Shown here: piece by piece, positions 28,821 to 38,560 of the stretch
Layout: every line of letters starts with the position of its first letter
Position numbering within the stretch: position 1 is the first letter of the stretch
Origin: an uncultured Nitrososphaerales archaeon
Lineage (GTDB): Archaea > Thermoproteota > Nitrososphaeria > Nitrososphaerales > Nitrososphaeraceae
DNA length: 64,000 bases
Assembly (NCBI GenBank): GCA_963841565.1
Contig: CAWJCY010000001.1
Span: 32,001-96,000, forward strand
Reading direction: 5' to 3'
Notes under the pieces: model-generated
What the model was told of the DNA's origin: nothing
The model's input: the letters and a program-made list of their open reading frames with translations, nothing else
Database searches by the model: none
Program-made: the position numbers and the translations under genes

Positions 28821-30287
28821 CTATATACTCGGCTTCTGAATTTTCATCGGGGTAGTCATATTCTTGCCAACCCCCATTGAGACGAGATTTGGTCCAAAGG
28901 CATTTGAAGTGTCAATTATACCTCTACCGTCATATACAACTGCGTTCCCAACTTCCTTGACACTAAGATTAGAATATTCGGTATGATCGGCTACTATGAT
29001 AATCAGGTCGGCACCTTTCAATGACGATGCCAAATCGTCGCTCAAGCTCACACCAGGATACTTGGATAGGGCTGAATCACACACCACCAACGGGTCATGC
29101 ACCTGAATAGTCTTTACACCCTTCTTAAAGAGTTCTTCAATTACTCTGTAAGTAGGGGACAGCCTAGTATCTGAAACACCCCCTCTAAAGGCGAGTCCAA
29201 GAAGAGTGACTCTACAATCCTTGAGATTCTCTGTCCCAGTTTGAACTCTTTGATAGGCACTCAATGCTTCGTTGACGGCATATGCAGGCATTCCTTCGTT
29301 AACCAGACGACCGTACTTAGTGATTGGAGATTCAATGCTCTTTTTACGAGCAATATCAAGGACAAATTGAGGATACACGGGTATGCAAGCCCCTCCTACG
29401 CCTATGCCCGGTCTGTGAAGATGACAATATGACTGAGAATTAGCAGCATTTCTGGCTTCCCAAAAATCTACTCCTATCCTCTCCGAAATCATGGCCAGTT
29501 CGTTGGCAAGAGCGATATTCACGTCTCTGTATACACCTTCAATTAGTTTTTCAAATTCTGCTGTTCTTGGCGATGAAAGTTTTATGACTCCCTTTTTGAA
29601 GATTAACTGATATAGTACTGATGCAATATTCGAGCTCCGAGGTCCAGTTCCTGCCACAATTGCGGGGTATCCATCCTCGATATCATGTATGGCCCTACCC
29701 TCGTATATCCTCTCAGGGTTGTATACCACAAAAAAGTCTCTCTCGCATTCTAGTCGAGAATTCTCTTCGAGGATTGGTAAAATAAAGTCCTCAGTTGTTC
29801 CAGGAGGAACGCTTGGTGTTAATGCAACCACATCGCCATGCTTAAGGCCAATACCTATAGAAGAGACGACGTTCTCGACAGCTTGTAGATTGGCATTCGC
29901 ATTTTCTGCCATCACAGGTACGCAAATCATCTTGAAAAATGAATCCTTTGAGGCAGCCACAGGGTCATCATAGACCGAAAATCGATTCTCTTTGAGTCCT
30001 TTTGCAAAGGCCTCATTGACATAAGGCTCCGGAATCTGGGTTTTCCCTTCTCTTGCGTATTCTCTGACCTTCTCAGATTTATCAATCCCAATAACGGAAG
30101 CACCGGCTCTTAACCAGGCGGCAGCCAGCGGTGCACCCACATGCCCAAGTCCATATATTGCTATTTTCAAATTACCATTTCTTATTCTCGTAACTAGTTC
30201 CTCAAGGTAATTGACTGTGTGAACTGATTGAGCATTTTCATCAGCATTGACTTCCGATCTTATATCATCCATCTTGTGACTCCCCAT
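28821..30287 (-). CDS. Nucleotide-sugar dehydrogenase (UDP-ManNAc/UDP-GlcNAc dehydrogenase family)
   Basis: GLGHVG, PGTT, PERI..G, KLIE..YRDVNIA, GVGGACIP, GLAF and DTRLSP. Confidence 0.88.
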   Translation of the reverse strand: MGSHKMDDIRSEVNADENAQSVHTVNYLEELVTRIRNGNLKIAIYGLGHVGAPLAAAWLRAGASVIGIDKSEKVREYAREGKTQIPEPYVNEAFAKGLKENRFSVYDDPVAASKDSFFKMICVPVMAENANANLQAVENVVSSIGIGLKHGDVVALTPSVPPGTTEDFILPILEENSRLECERDFFVVYNPERIYEGRAIHDIEDGYPAIVAGTGPRSSNIASVLYQLIFKKGVIKLSSPRTAEFEKLIEGVYRDVNIALANELAMISERIGVDFWEARNAANSQSYCHLHRPGIGVGGACIPVYPQFVLDIARKKSIESPITKYGRLVNEGMPAYAVNEALSAYQRVQTGTENLKDCRVTLLGLAFRGGVSDTRLSPTYRVIEELFKKGVKTIQVHDPLVVCDSALSKYPGVSLSDDLASSLKGADLIIIVADHTEYSNLSVKEVGNAVVYDGRGIIDTSNAFGPNLVSMGVGKNMTTPMKIQKPSI

Positions 30288-30665
30288 ATGGGAAAGATGT
30301 AATTAATATCTATCATTTTCAAATATAACGCCTAGTCTTGCCAAGAAAGCAAAATTATTTGTAGATTAGCCATGGATATTTATTCGCATAGGAGCTATCT
30401 TAAGGGAAGTAGGATATCAATAGAGCAAATATTGTTACAGATTAGCAAAATCTAACAACACTGCACTGCTTCCGCTCCCTCAACTAAATTCATCTGAATT
30501 TCAAGATGCATTCGGCTTACAGCAAGCGAGTTAAAGGACTGCGAGGTAGCAGTACTCGGTCCACTTGAAAAGATACCTAGTATGAATTAGCATGAAAAGG
30601 CATTCACAAGAATGATTTACCTTCGTAACGCCTGACTTTTAAGTTCATCTTAGACAATATTTTAA

Positions 30666-31091
30666 CTACTCTTGCTTGTTTACAAACGCCTTGACATGAT
30701 GACAGATTCGATCCATTGTCTGGACCAGCTCTTCATACACATGTAACTCCTGCTGATGCTTCCATTTTCCATATACACGAACATGATCTTCGAGAGGATC
30801 GATATAGATTTCTCCTTCCTCAAGTAATACATTTCGGAGATAACTGTTTAATTGTTGGTCTTTACTCACTATCTCAGCAATCTTTCCCCCTTCCCAATTG
30901 ACACTGATAACTTGCTTCTTAGAAAAATGGCCGCTGGTGCTAGGCTTACATTTCGCAATCAACTCAGAGGGGTTACTAACGCTACCCATCACTATGAAAT
31001 GCATTTGAAAGTAGTCAAGGGCACCATATGACGGTAAGGTATTGTCCTTGTCACGTGTAGAGAGCTCACCTGATTCACGCACTAACGACAT
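30666..31091 (-). CDS. Hypothetical protein
   Basis: 141-aa ATG ORF with an upstream TTTTATAA box. Confidence 0.6.
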   Translation of the reverse strand: MSLVRESGELSTRDKDNTLPSYGALDYFQMHFIVMGSVSNPSELIAKCKPSTSGHFSKKQVISVNWEGGKIAEIVSKDQQLNSYLRNVLLEEGEIYIDPLEDHVRVYGKWKHQQELHVYEELVQTMDRICHHVKAFVNKQE

Positions 31092-31209
31092 TTTAGATTC
31101 GTTTCTTCTCCACTTTATAAAAACTATTACTTGACAATCAGAAATATACTATTAGTTTCTGGATTTCTACCCTAAATAAGGACTCTTAAGTTTTCTCCCT
31201 ACTAAAAGT

Positions 31210-31587
31210 TCACAGTCTAGCCTCTCGCAGAATGTTGTACAAGACCATGACATACCTTCTCACAAATTTTGATAATTGTGAAGCGTCTTGGAATTTTTCG
31301 ATGTCGTTCGCCAGTGCCATCGTTAGTCTCCGTGGGAGTTTGAGCTCGTCGTCAAGATAAATGAGAAATGCGTAGTAAAGAGCCTTGAGAAGGGCCTGTT
31401 GTTTGTCCTTCTCGACATTTGGATCTGCCATCATCTTTGAGAGAATGAATGAGAACTTGGCAGTTAGAATAACTTTTTCATGCCCAACGACACTAGAATC
31501 ATCAATTTTGATTATTCCCATTCTTAGAAGATCTTCAATACTAGCAGCGACATTTTCCACTGTTTCTTCATGATTAGATTCAGACAT
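31210..31587 (-). CDS. Hypothetical protein
   Basis: 125-aa ATG ORF, co-oriented with its neighbours. Confidence 0.6.
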   Translation of the reverse strand: MSESNHEETVENVAASIEDLLRMGIIKIDDSSVVGHEKVILTAKFSFILSKMMADPNVEKDKQQALLKALYYAFLIYLDDELKLPRRLTMALANDIEKFQDASQLSKFVRRYVMVLYNILREARL

Positions 31588-31610
31588 TGAATAGGATTAA
31601 GAAATTTGAT

Positions 31611-31997
31611 TCATACAACCGTATTAACAATTCGCATATACTCCTCTATTAAGATAGAATCGACTATACCTTGAACCACTGATTCCCGACCAGTCGATAG
31701 GATGATATCCAAAGCTACTGCACTATAGGGAACATCAAATCGATTTATGATTTCTAATTCTTGGCTATCAATTATCAGATCATTTCTTGACTGGTGTCTC
31801 TTGAAGCCTAGTATCCTACCTATTTTTCTACTGCCAGAACCACCTGCACGTCCACCCGCAGACCCTAATGACTCCTCTACTAATAGTACAAAAACTGTGC
31901 AGTCTTCAGATTTTCTCAAGTCAATGTCAGTTGAAGCTACAACAAGTTTACGAGTTGGAATTAATAGTACTTCTTCAAGTGAGCCATAATTCGTCAT
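31611..31997 (-). CDS. Hypothetical protein with a Gly-rich loop
   Basis: 128-aa ATG ORF containing GSAGGRAGGSG. Confidence 0.6.
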   Translation of the reverse strand: MTNYGSLEEVLLIPTRKLVVASTDIDLRKSEDCTVFVLLVEESLGSAGGRAGGSGSRKIGRILGFKRHQSRNDLIIDSQELEIINRFDVPYSAVALDIILSTGRESVVQGIVDSILIEEYMRIVNTVV

Positions 31998-32114
31998 GGT
32001 TGTCAGGGATCCTATCTCGAATATATTTCAAGTACTGCATATGTGATTCATGCTTTAGACAAGCGAATTGTTCTACTCCCGCCAGTCGCTATTTGTGGGA
32101 CATCTGTACTCGTG

Positions 32115-32480
32115 TTAAAGTGCTTCGTCGCCTGACTCTTTAGAACCAATATCGTATGCTTCGGAGACATCGTAAACAAATATCTTGCCGTCTGACACAG
32201 AACCAGTGCCGATCTTTGCAAAGATATCATCTATTATCCCCTTCACCTTCTCGTTGCTGACAAGGACTTCGACTTTCATTCGTGACCCAAATTCAGGTAC
32301 ATACCGCATTACTCCTCTTCCAACAGCAACAGGCTCTTGCCTAGTGCGGCCGCGGCCTTTGATATCATAGAACGTTAGGCCTCCTACATCGTGCTGGCGC
32401 ATCAGATCGTTCAAATCGCGCAGGCGCTCATGTGGAACTATAAGATCAATTCGTTTCAAATTCCCTTTGGAGTATGCCAA
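32115..32480 (-). CDS. glnK: P-II family nitrogen regulator
   Basis: GGLT...KGRG T-loop, KVEVLV and SDGKIFV. Confidence 0.9.
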   Translation of the reverse strand: MAYSKGNLKRIDLIVPHERLRDLNDLMRQHDVGGLTFYDIKGRGRTRQEPVAVGRGVMRYVPEFGSRMKVEVLVSNEKVKGIIDDIFAKIGTGSVSDGKIFVYDVSEAYDIGSKESGDEAL

Positions 32481-32533
32481 CTTCTTATATAATATTTCTT
32501 GAAATAAGGGGTAGGGTGCTGCTTCTATGAATA

Positions 32534-32884
32534 CTAAGTCAGGCTTCTGTCTCCTTCTTCAAGTGTGGCAATATTAATGGCTTGTTCGATACTGGAAAGA
32601 AATATAATCCCATCTCCTTGTTCTCCACTCTCTCCACTTCGCGCGTGTTTTACAATGGTCCTAATCACCAGTTCGACTCGATCGTCGGGAACTGCGATTT
32701 CAAATTTCATTCTAGGGACAAGATCGTACGACACAGGCTGTCCACGCCACTGCAAATGTAGTTCTCTTTGCCTGCTCCATCCTGAGACCGAAGATACGGT
32801 CATACCTCCAATCCCAATATTGCGCAATTGCTCCTTAACCACGGGCATCCTTTCAGCTCTAATGATAGCATGAAGCATTTTCAA
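32534..32884 (-). CDS. glnK: P-II family nitrogen regulator (second copy)
   Basis: AIIR, GGMTV..V.GWSRQ, RG, P+MKFEI, ARSGE..GDGIIF; directly downstream of amt. Confidence 0.9.
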   Translation of the reverse strand: MKMLHAIIRAERMPVVKEQLRNIGIGGMTVSSVSGWSRQRELHLQWRGQPVSYDLVPRMKFEIAVPDDRVELVIRTIVKHARSGESGEQGDGIIFLSSIEQAINIATLEEGDRSLT

Positions 32885-32962
32885 TGAAGGTATTCGTCAA
32901 TATGTAATTATGGGTTGTATATATATCGTCTCGTACCGATCATTTCTTCGCCAATCGTTTCC

Positions 32963-34198
32963 TCATTGTTCAACATATGCTCGTTCGGCGTGTTGAGCAA
33001 TATCTAGACCAATATCTTCTTCAACCTCAGTGACACGAAGACCAATTGTCTTGTCTATCACCTTCAGTATAACGATGGTGCCCACGAACGCAAGAGCAGC
33101 AGCAACTGCTACCCCGAGGGCTTGGATCGCCAACTGAAATGCATTTCCATAAAGCAATCCGTCAGGACCCGCTGGATTTACAAGTGTAGTTGCTACAAAC
33201 CCGATAGCAATTGCCCCAATTATTCCAGTTATGCCGTGTACCGAACTCACGTCGAGTGCGTCATCAATTTTCAATCGTTCCTTGATAAGGAGGATGCCAA
33301 AATAGGAAGCGAACCCTAAAACTATTCCTAAAAAGAAAGAGCTCTGTGCGGTTATGAACCCTGCAGCTGGAGTCACGCCCGCAAGACCGCAGATAGCACC
33401 GTTGATCGCTGCCGTTGTAGATGGTTTCTTTGATCTTTTCCAAGATAGCAGAATCCAGACTACTGCGGAAGTAACTGCTCCAATCTGAGTCACAAGGAAT
33501 GCATTAGCCGCCAAAGAACCTGATGCTAGTGCACTGCCAGCATTAAATCCAAACCAACCTATCCAAAGCAAGGATGCACCCAGAACTGCGAGAGGAATAT
33601 TATGCGGAACCATGATATCTGGACCAAAATTCTTTCGCCGCCCCAAAACGAGTGCTGCGGCGATGGAGGCTAAACCTGCTGAAGTGTGAATTACGATACC
33701 TCCTGCAAAGTCATATACTCCCAGACTGGCTAGCCAGCCTCCTCCCCAGACCCAATGTGCGAGAGGGAAATATACTACAAAGCTCCATGCTACGATAAAA
33801 ATTACAAAACCACTGAATTTTACACGTTCAGCAAATGCGCCAGTTATCAGAAGAGGAGTTATAACCGCAAACATCATTTGGAATGTCGCAAATGTCACGC
33901 CCGGAATAGATGGTGCATAATCCAAGGCACTGTCAAAAGGTACTTCATTGAAGAAAGCCCATTGCAATCCCCCAATAATACCACCTATTGATGGGGAGAA
34001 TACTAATGTGAAACCTATCAGAAACCACAAAACAGAAAGAATTGCTAGACCCGAAAAAGTTTGCATCATCACGGATAAAGAATTTTTGCCTCTGATGAGT
34101 CCCGCTTCAAAGAAGCCCAGTGCGGGTGTCATAAGTAGGACCAAGCCTGTAGCAACCATCATCCAAGCAGTATCACCAGTATCTATCGGCACTTCCAT
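32963..34198 (-). CDS. amt: Ammonium transporter (Amt family)
   Basis: GDTAW, FQMMFA, HWVWG, DFAGG.VIH, PHN, GWFGFNAGS and DDALD..VHG (both pore His present); start set at ATG 34198. Confidence 0.96.
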   Translation of the reverse strand: MEVPIDTGDTAWMMVATGLVLLMTPALGFFEAGLIRGKNSLSVMMQTFSGLAILSVLWFLIGFTLVFSPSIGGIIGGLQWAFFNEVPFDSALDYAPSIPGVTFATFQMMFAVITPLLITGAFAERVKFSGFVIFIVAWSFVVYFPLAHWVWGGGWLASLGVYDFAGGIVIHTSAGLASIAAALVLGRRKNFGPDIMVPHNIPLAVLGASLLWIGWFGFNAGSALASGSLAANAFLVTQIGAVTSAVVWILLSWKRSKKPSTTAAINGAICGLAGVTPAAGFITAQSSFFLGIVLGFASYFGILLIKERLKIDDALDVSSVHGITGIIGAIAIGFVATTLVNPAGPDGLLYGNAFQLAIQALGVAVAAALAFVGTIVILKVIDKTIGLRVTEVEEDIGLDIAQHAERAYVEQ

Positions 34199-34225
34199 GA
34201 TACATTCGCCCGAAGTATAAAAATT

Positions 34226-34233
34226 TTTATAAA
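34226..34233 (-). promoter_or_regulatory. TATA box of amt
   Basis: TTTATAAA 28-35 nt upstream of the amt ATG, supporting the shorter start. Confidence 0.55.
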
Positions 34234-34831
34234 CAGATACTCTAGCCAGGCCCAAGTTGTCACCATTGGTATCGTCAACCTTGAAATTAGATAGAATATG
34301 GAAGTAATTATATCCGCTATACAGGAAGAGATATGAACTTAACTGTACCAAATAAAAAATACAAGGATTGTGTAGATAAATCTCTGGTACATTAGATGGA
34401 GAAATATAGATCTTTACTAACAACTGGTAATTTGAATATTAACAATATCTCAACCCAACTCACATTCAGATTACATAGATTGCGCTCGCAGATATCAAAT
34501 GAGCATTCAAACATCGATCGATTCTGTTTAACCTTTTGTTCAGAAGCAACTGATATTAGTGGAAGATTGAAAGTGGATGATCATGCATAAATATCATAGA
34601 TCAGATATATTTTATCAAGACTCAAATCAGTCGACAGTATCCAATTTTAACCACGTCAATACCGATTTCAAGCACCTTTGATCAAAATGCCACGTAGAAA
34701 TTACGTCCACTTTTCATTCGTATTTTGTGATTCAGCATTAATTTTTTAATTCGTTGAAAGGCTTCGGGTAAACTGAGGACACAATACTTAAAAAAAACAT
34801 TTTAAAGTGACATGAAGCAATATTACTTAGA

Positions 34832-35383
34832 ATGGTCAAAACAGAATCCACAAACACCCTTAGGACCGGTCAACCTGCTCCACAATTTAGTTTGAGGGGA
34901 ATTGACGAAAATACATATTCGTTAGAAAATTTTTCGGAGAGCAAAATATTGTTAGTCGTCTTCATTTGTAACCATTGCCCTTACGTAAAGGCTAGGATAG
35001 GCGACCTTGTTCGGCTCCAGTCTAAATTTTCAACAGATGATTTGACTATATTAGGCATTAATAGTAACGATCCCAATTACGAGAACGAAGGATTTGATAA
35101 CATGATCAAGTTTGGAAGAGAGTACAAGCTTAATTTCCCATACTTAATTGACGAAACTCAAACTATAGCAAAGTCATATGGTGCAGTTTGTACCCCAGAC
35201 CCATTTCTTTTTGATGACAAACGCAGACTCGTATATCATGGACGTATAAATGATGCGGTCGATCCGCAGATGAGTCCCAAAACTCCCATTCTAGAGGATA
35301 ATATTAAGAAGCTCCTTTCAGGAAATCTGATTGAAAAGGATTTCTTTCCTTCAATTGGATGTTCCATTAAGTGGATTAGCTGA
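34832..35383 (+). CDS. AhpC/TSA-like thioredoxin-family protein
   Basis: APQFSL, FICNHCPYV, INSND, GAVCTPD, YHGRI and SIGCSIKW. Confidence 0.9.
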   Translation: MVKTESTNTLRTGQPAPQFSLRGIDENTYSLENFSESKILLVVFICNHCPYVKARIGDLVRLQSKFSTDDLTILGINSNDPNYENEGFDNMIKFGREYKLNFPYLIDETQTIAKSYGAVCTPDPFLFDDKRRLVYHGRINDAVDPQMSPKTPILEDNIKKLLSGNLIEKDFFPSIGCSIKWIS

Positions 35384-35443
35384 GGATGTTCAACCCTGAA
35401 TTGATCTCCTTTCAAGAGATGAGGGTTGGAGCATGATATTCGC

Positions 35444-37321
35444 CTAACCATACTTATAGGAGACACCCTTAACACCACGAGGATGTCTCCATAAGGTTTC
35501 ATATGCGCAAGTACCGCACTCTATGCACCCTTCGTGCTGCAAAATTACATCTCCATTTTCACTACTGTAACAGCGCGTGGGACATAAAGATACCATCTTT
35601 TGCATAAAATCACTTCGAGGCTTCGTAACCTGGATATGCGACACTGAATCATCATCGTAATCCAGTTTCGCGATCCTTTCCTGCAATGAGGGAGTATTTG
35701 GGACATAGTTACTATCAATCGGCTTGCCTAACCGATCAGCTAACTCAACGGGAACATTAACATAAGTATCAACAGATTCAACCAATGGTAATAGGCGGTC
35801 AAAACCGAGCATATTTGCAAATCCTACCGCAATGCCCCTTAATGTGCCGCTGGACATTAGCTTGAAAATCATTCCATATCTAGAACCTACTATATCTTTT
35901 GGGATATTCTTGCTGCAATCAAGGAAAATCTTCAGGTAATCCTTGTCAATTTCTTTCATATCTCTCGTATAGGGGCTCTCTTCTACAGATTTTGTGTAGA
36001 AATTACCAAGATATTGCTGATCGAAATTGTTCCTATCTAAAGACCGTGCGACAGCATTAGCCGCCCTTACTGCATCATCTATACCTACATTAAGCCCCTC
36101 AATTCTAGGGCCTATAAATACTCCACGACCAGCTGCATCGCCTACGAATAGTATATTTTTATAATATGGGGTTTTCATTCTACATCGCTTGCCATCGGGA
36201 ATTAATCTAGCGCTGTATTCTAATTCTACGTAATTATCCCCAAATTCACAGTTGTATTTCTCTACTAATTCCTTCTCTAGATTGTTGATCCTACTCTCAA
36301 TCTCTTCTTTTGTCTTATATTTGCCGCTCTCAATTAGTCGCTTGATTCCATCCTTAGAAAAGTAATCAGAGCGGAGGTTGTTCCAAGCCTTTAATAACTT
36401 GACTGCCATGAAATGCTGGCGAATCTCTTCGTCCTTTGAGATCAAGGCTTGATTAGACTTTCGAGTTGGAACTCTATCTTTGATGAATTCTGCTACTAAT
36501 TTATTTTGTATTAAAGCATCGATTAGTCGTGAAGGTTCCACGGGATTAACCATCATTGAGTCCATATGATATACGGCTCCAAGAGAAATGGTGTCCCTGT
36601 TCGTATACAAAAAACCTCCGCCTATGTGATTCATAGTAACATCTCCCGCAAACAAATGCGCGGCCCCTTCATCATTTGTAATATTAAACCTTTCTTCCAA
36701 AATTGTTTCAGGAAGCCTGATTACGACCTTTACTCCTTGGTAAAGTTGTTCGGACGAGAATTTGTTCCTCGCTCCGGTAACATCAGCTAGTTCAGAGTTT
36801 GCGCCATCAGCTGAAATGACTGCCTTTACTCTAAATGGTTCTAGTTCATCTGTCTCTATTACAGTATCATTGCTATCCTTATCCCACCTAACCGATCTTA
36901 CGTGAACCCCAGATATTATCCCTCCCCCCATCTTTTCTGACATGTCGCTTGCCTCTTTGGCAAGCCATGGGATAAGTTTGCTTAGTAAGACGGAGTAGGC
37001 ATAATTAATCTGATATTCGTGGACGGGAGTTAAGTCAATAGAGTACAATTTATCTTTAGATGTGGCGTGCAATATATACTGCGTAATAGCACGCTCATAG
37101 GGGGCCTCGTCGATAAATTCCCTCCCAAACACATCTTCAATATTATACACTCTACCATTTTTCGGTTTTTTAGAGTAGAGAATTCCTCCCGAAACATTCT
37201 TAGTTCCTGTTGTGCCCCCTGCTTCAAGCAAAACAGCCTGTTTTCCAAGGTTTGAGAGTTGGCGTAGTGCAGTAAGACCACTAGTTCCACCTCCAACTAC
37301 TGCGACATCATATCTCTCCAT
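35444..37321 (-). CDS. fixC: FixC-like ETF:quinone oxidoreductase fused to a FixX-like ferredoxin
   Basis: VVGGG FAD site, GGFLYTN, VGDAAG; C-terminal CPT.CY and GCIECGTC..W.HPRG..G..Y.YG. Confidence 0.88.
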   Translation of the reverse strand: MERYDVAVVGGGTSGLTALRQLSNLGKQAVLLEAGGTTGTKNVSGGILYSKKPKNGRVYNIEDVFGREFIDEAPYERAITQYILHATSKDKLYSIDLTPVHEYQINYAYSVLLSKLIPWLAKEASDMSEKMGGGIISGVHVRSVRWDKDSNDTVIETDELEPFRVKAVISADGANSELADVTGARNKFSSEQLYQGVKVVIRLPETILEERFNITNDEGAAHLFAGDVTMNHIGGGFLYTNRDTISLGAVYHMDSMMVNPVEPSRLIDALIQNKLVAEFIKDRVPTRKSNQALISKDEEIRQHFMAVKLLKAWNNLRSDYFSKDGIKRLIESGKYKTKEEIESRINNLEKELVEKYNCEFGDNYVELEYSARLIPDGKRCRMKTPYYKNILFVGDAAGRGVFIGPRIEGLNVGIDDAVRAANAVARSLDRNNFDQQYLGNFYTKSVEESPYTRDMKEIDKDYLKIFLDCSKNIPKDIVGSRYGMIFKLMSSGTLRGIAVGFANMLGFDRLLPLVESVDTYVNVPVELADRLGKPIDSNYVPNTPSLQERIAKLDYDDDSVSHIQVTKPRSDFMQKMVSLCPTRCYSSENGDVILQHEGCIECGTCAYETLWRHPRGVKGVSYKYG

Positions 37322-37324
37322 GTC

Positions 37325-38560
37325 TTAAGCCCTCTTCTCAATCGTTAACATATGTTTTCTTATAAGTTCGGTGAGAACAGGCAAAACTTGCTCCATCCGA
37401 CCTTTTATAAATAGGTCACATTCATCTCTAAATGCTGCATCCATGTCAGGATTTATTACAACTACAAATCCTGATTCTTTCATACCTGCAAGGTGTTGAA
37501 CCGCCCCGCTGATGCCTATGGCAATGTATACTACAGGTGAAACCTTTCTACCACTGGTGCCAATCACCCGTTCAGGAATCATGTAGGACAGCAGACGTTG
37601 ATCCTTAGTCTGATAAGGTTTTTTTGAGATTGGAAGAGATATGCCTATCTCTGCATTTAGTGATTTAGCGAATTGTTCAATCAATTTGAAATTCTCCTCA
37701 GGAGAATCTCTTATCCCTCGACCGTAGCTAACTATGATTTTGCAACTCTCAAAATCAATCGTGGACTTTATAATGCTTCTACTTAGAACCTTGACTCTTA
37801 AATCATCGTCGGAGATCTGGGGTTCAAAATCTATAATCGCTCCTGTCCGCTGATCTTCCTTAGTTAATGGCTCGAAGACCCCTGGAATGATACTGCATGA
37901 CTGCGGATGATAATCTCTAGCGATAGCAGGATTCCTATTGTCAAGGCATAGAATAGTAGTCCACAGAAACCCAGAGAAGTCTGGCCTATACATTTCTAGA
38001 GTTTTTTCGTATTTAGCAAGTTGACCTTTAGTCTTGTGTTCGTGCCTAATTTCAAGGTCCGAAATTACTAACTTATTAATATCGGATGCCAGCCCAGACT
38101 CGAGTTGTGCCAGTACGGTTGAAGACAAATGCCGTCCGGTGTTATCCGCTGAAAAGAACATGTACCTGGGTTTTTTGTAGTTTTCAGAACGATTTGGAGA
38201 TATCGATCTCGCAACATTTTTGTCCTCAACTATTTGACAGATTATCTTCGTGTACAAAAGATTGGTATAGTGTTTTAATGAAGGATTATTTGCGTACACC
38301 ACGGCATCTGCACCAAACTTGATTAGATCCTCACACAAATGTCTAACATTATCGCCTAGTACTACGGCAACCACTTTTTCATTACTTGAGTATTTCTTAT
38401 TGAAATTATCCATGAGTCGCCTCGCTTCACCTAGCATTTCCAAACTAACCGGCACTGGAATGCCTTCTTCATGCTCTATCACAACATAGAGATGTTGGTA
38501 AGGTTCAGCTTTACCTAAATTTTCGGAGTCAGATTCTAAATTTTGTGTCGCGTCGCTCAT
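37325..38560 (-). CDS. fixB: Electron transfer flavoprotein alpha subunit
   Basis: SLEMLGEAR, GADAV, VSYGRG, IGTSG..VSP.VYIAIGISGAVQHLAGM and INPD. Confidence 0.92.
   Translation of the reverse strand: MSDATQNLESDSENLGKAEPYQHLYVVIEHEEGIPVPVSLEMLGEARRLMDNFNKKYSSNEKVVAVVLGDNVRHLCEDLIKFGADAVVYANNPSLKHYTNLLYTKIICQIVEDKNVARSISPNRSENYKKPRYMFFSADNTGRHLSSTVLAQLESGLASDINKLVISDLEIRHEHKTKGQLAKYEKTLEMYRPDFSGFLWTTILCLDNRNPAIARDYHPQSCSIIPGVFEPLTKEDQRTGAIIDFEPQISDDDLRVKVLSRSIIKSTIDFESCKIIVSYGRGIRDSPEENFKLIEQFAKSLNAEIGISLPISKKPYQTKDQRLLSYMIPERVIGTSGRKVSPVVYIAIGISGAVQHLAGMKESGFVVVINPDMDAAFRDECDLFIKGRMEQVLPVLTELIRKHMLTIEKRA

Noticed and set aside
34199-34423. 75-aa N-terminal extension of Amt in the ORF track
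   Set aside because: Non-homologous sequence; a TATA box sits ~30 nt before ATG 34198
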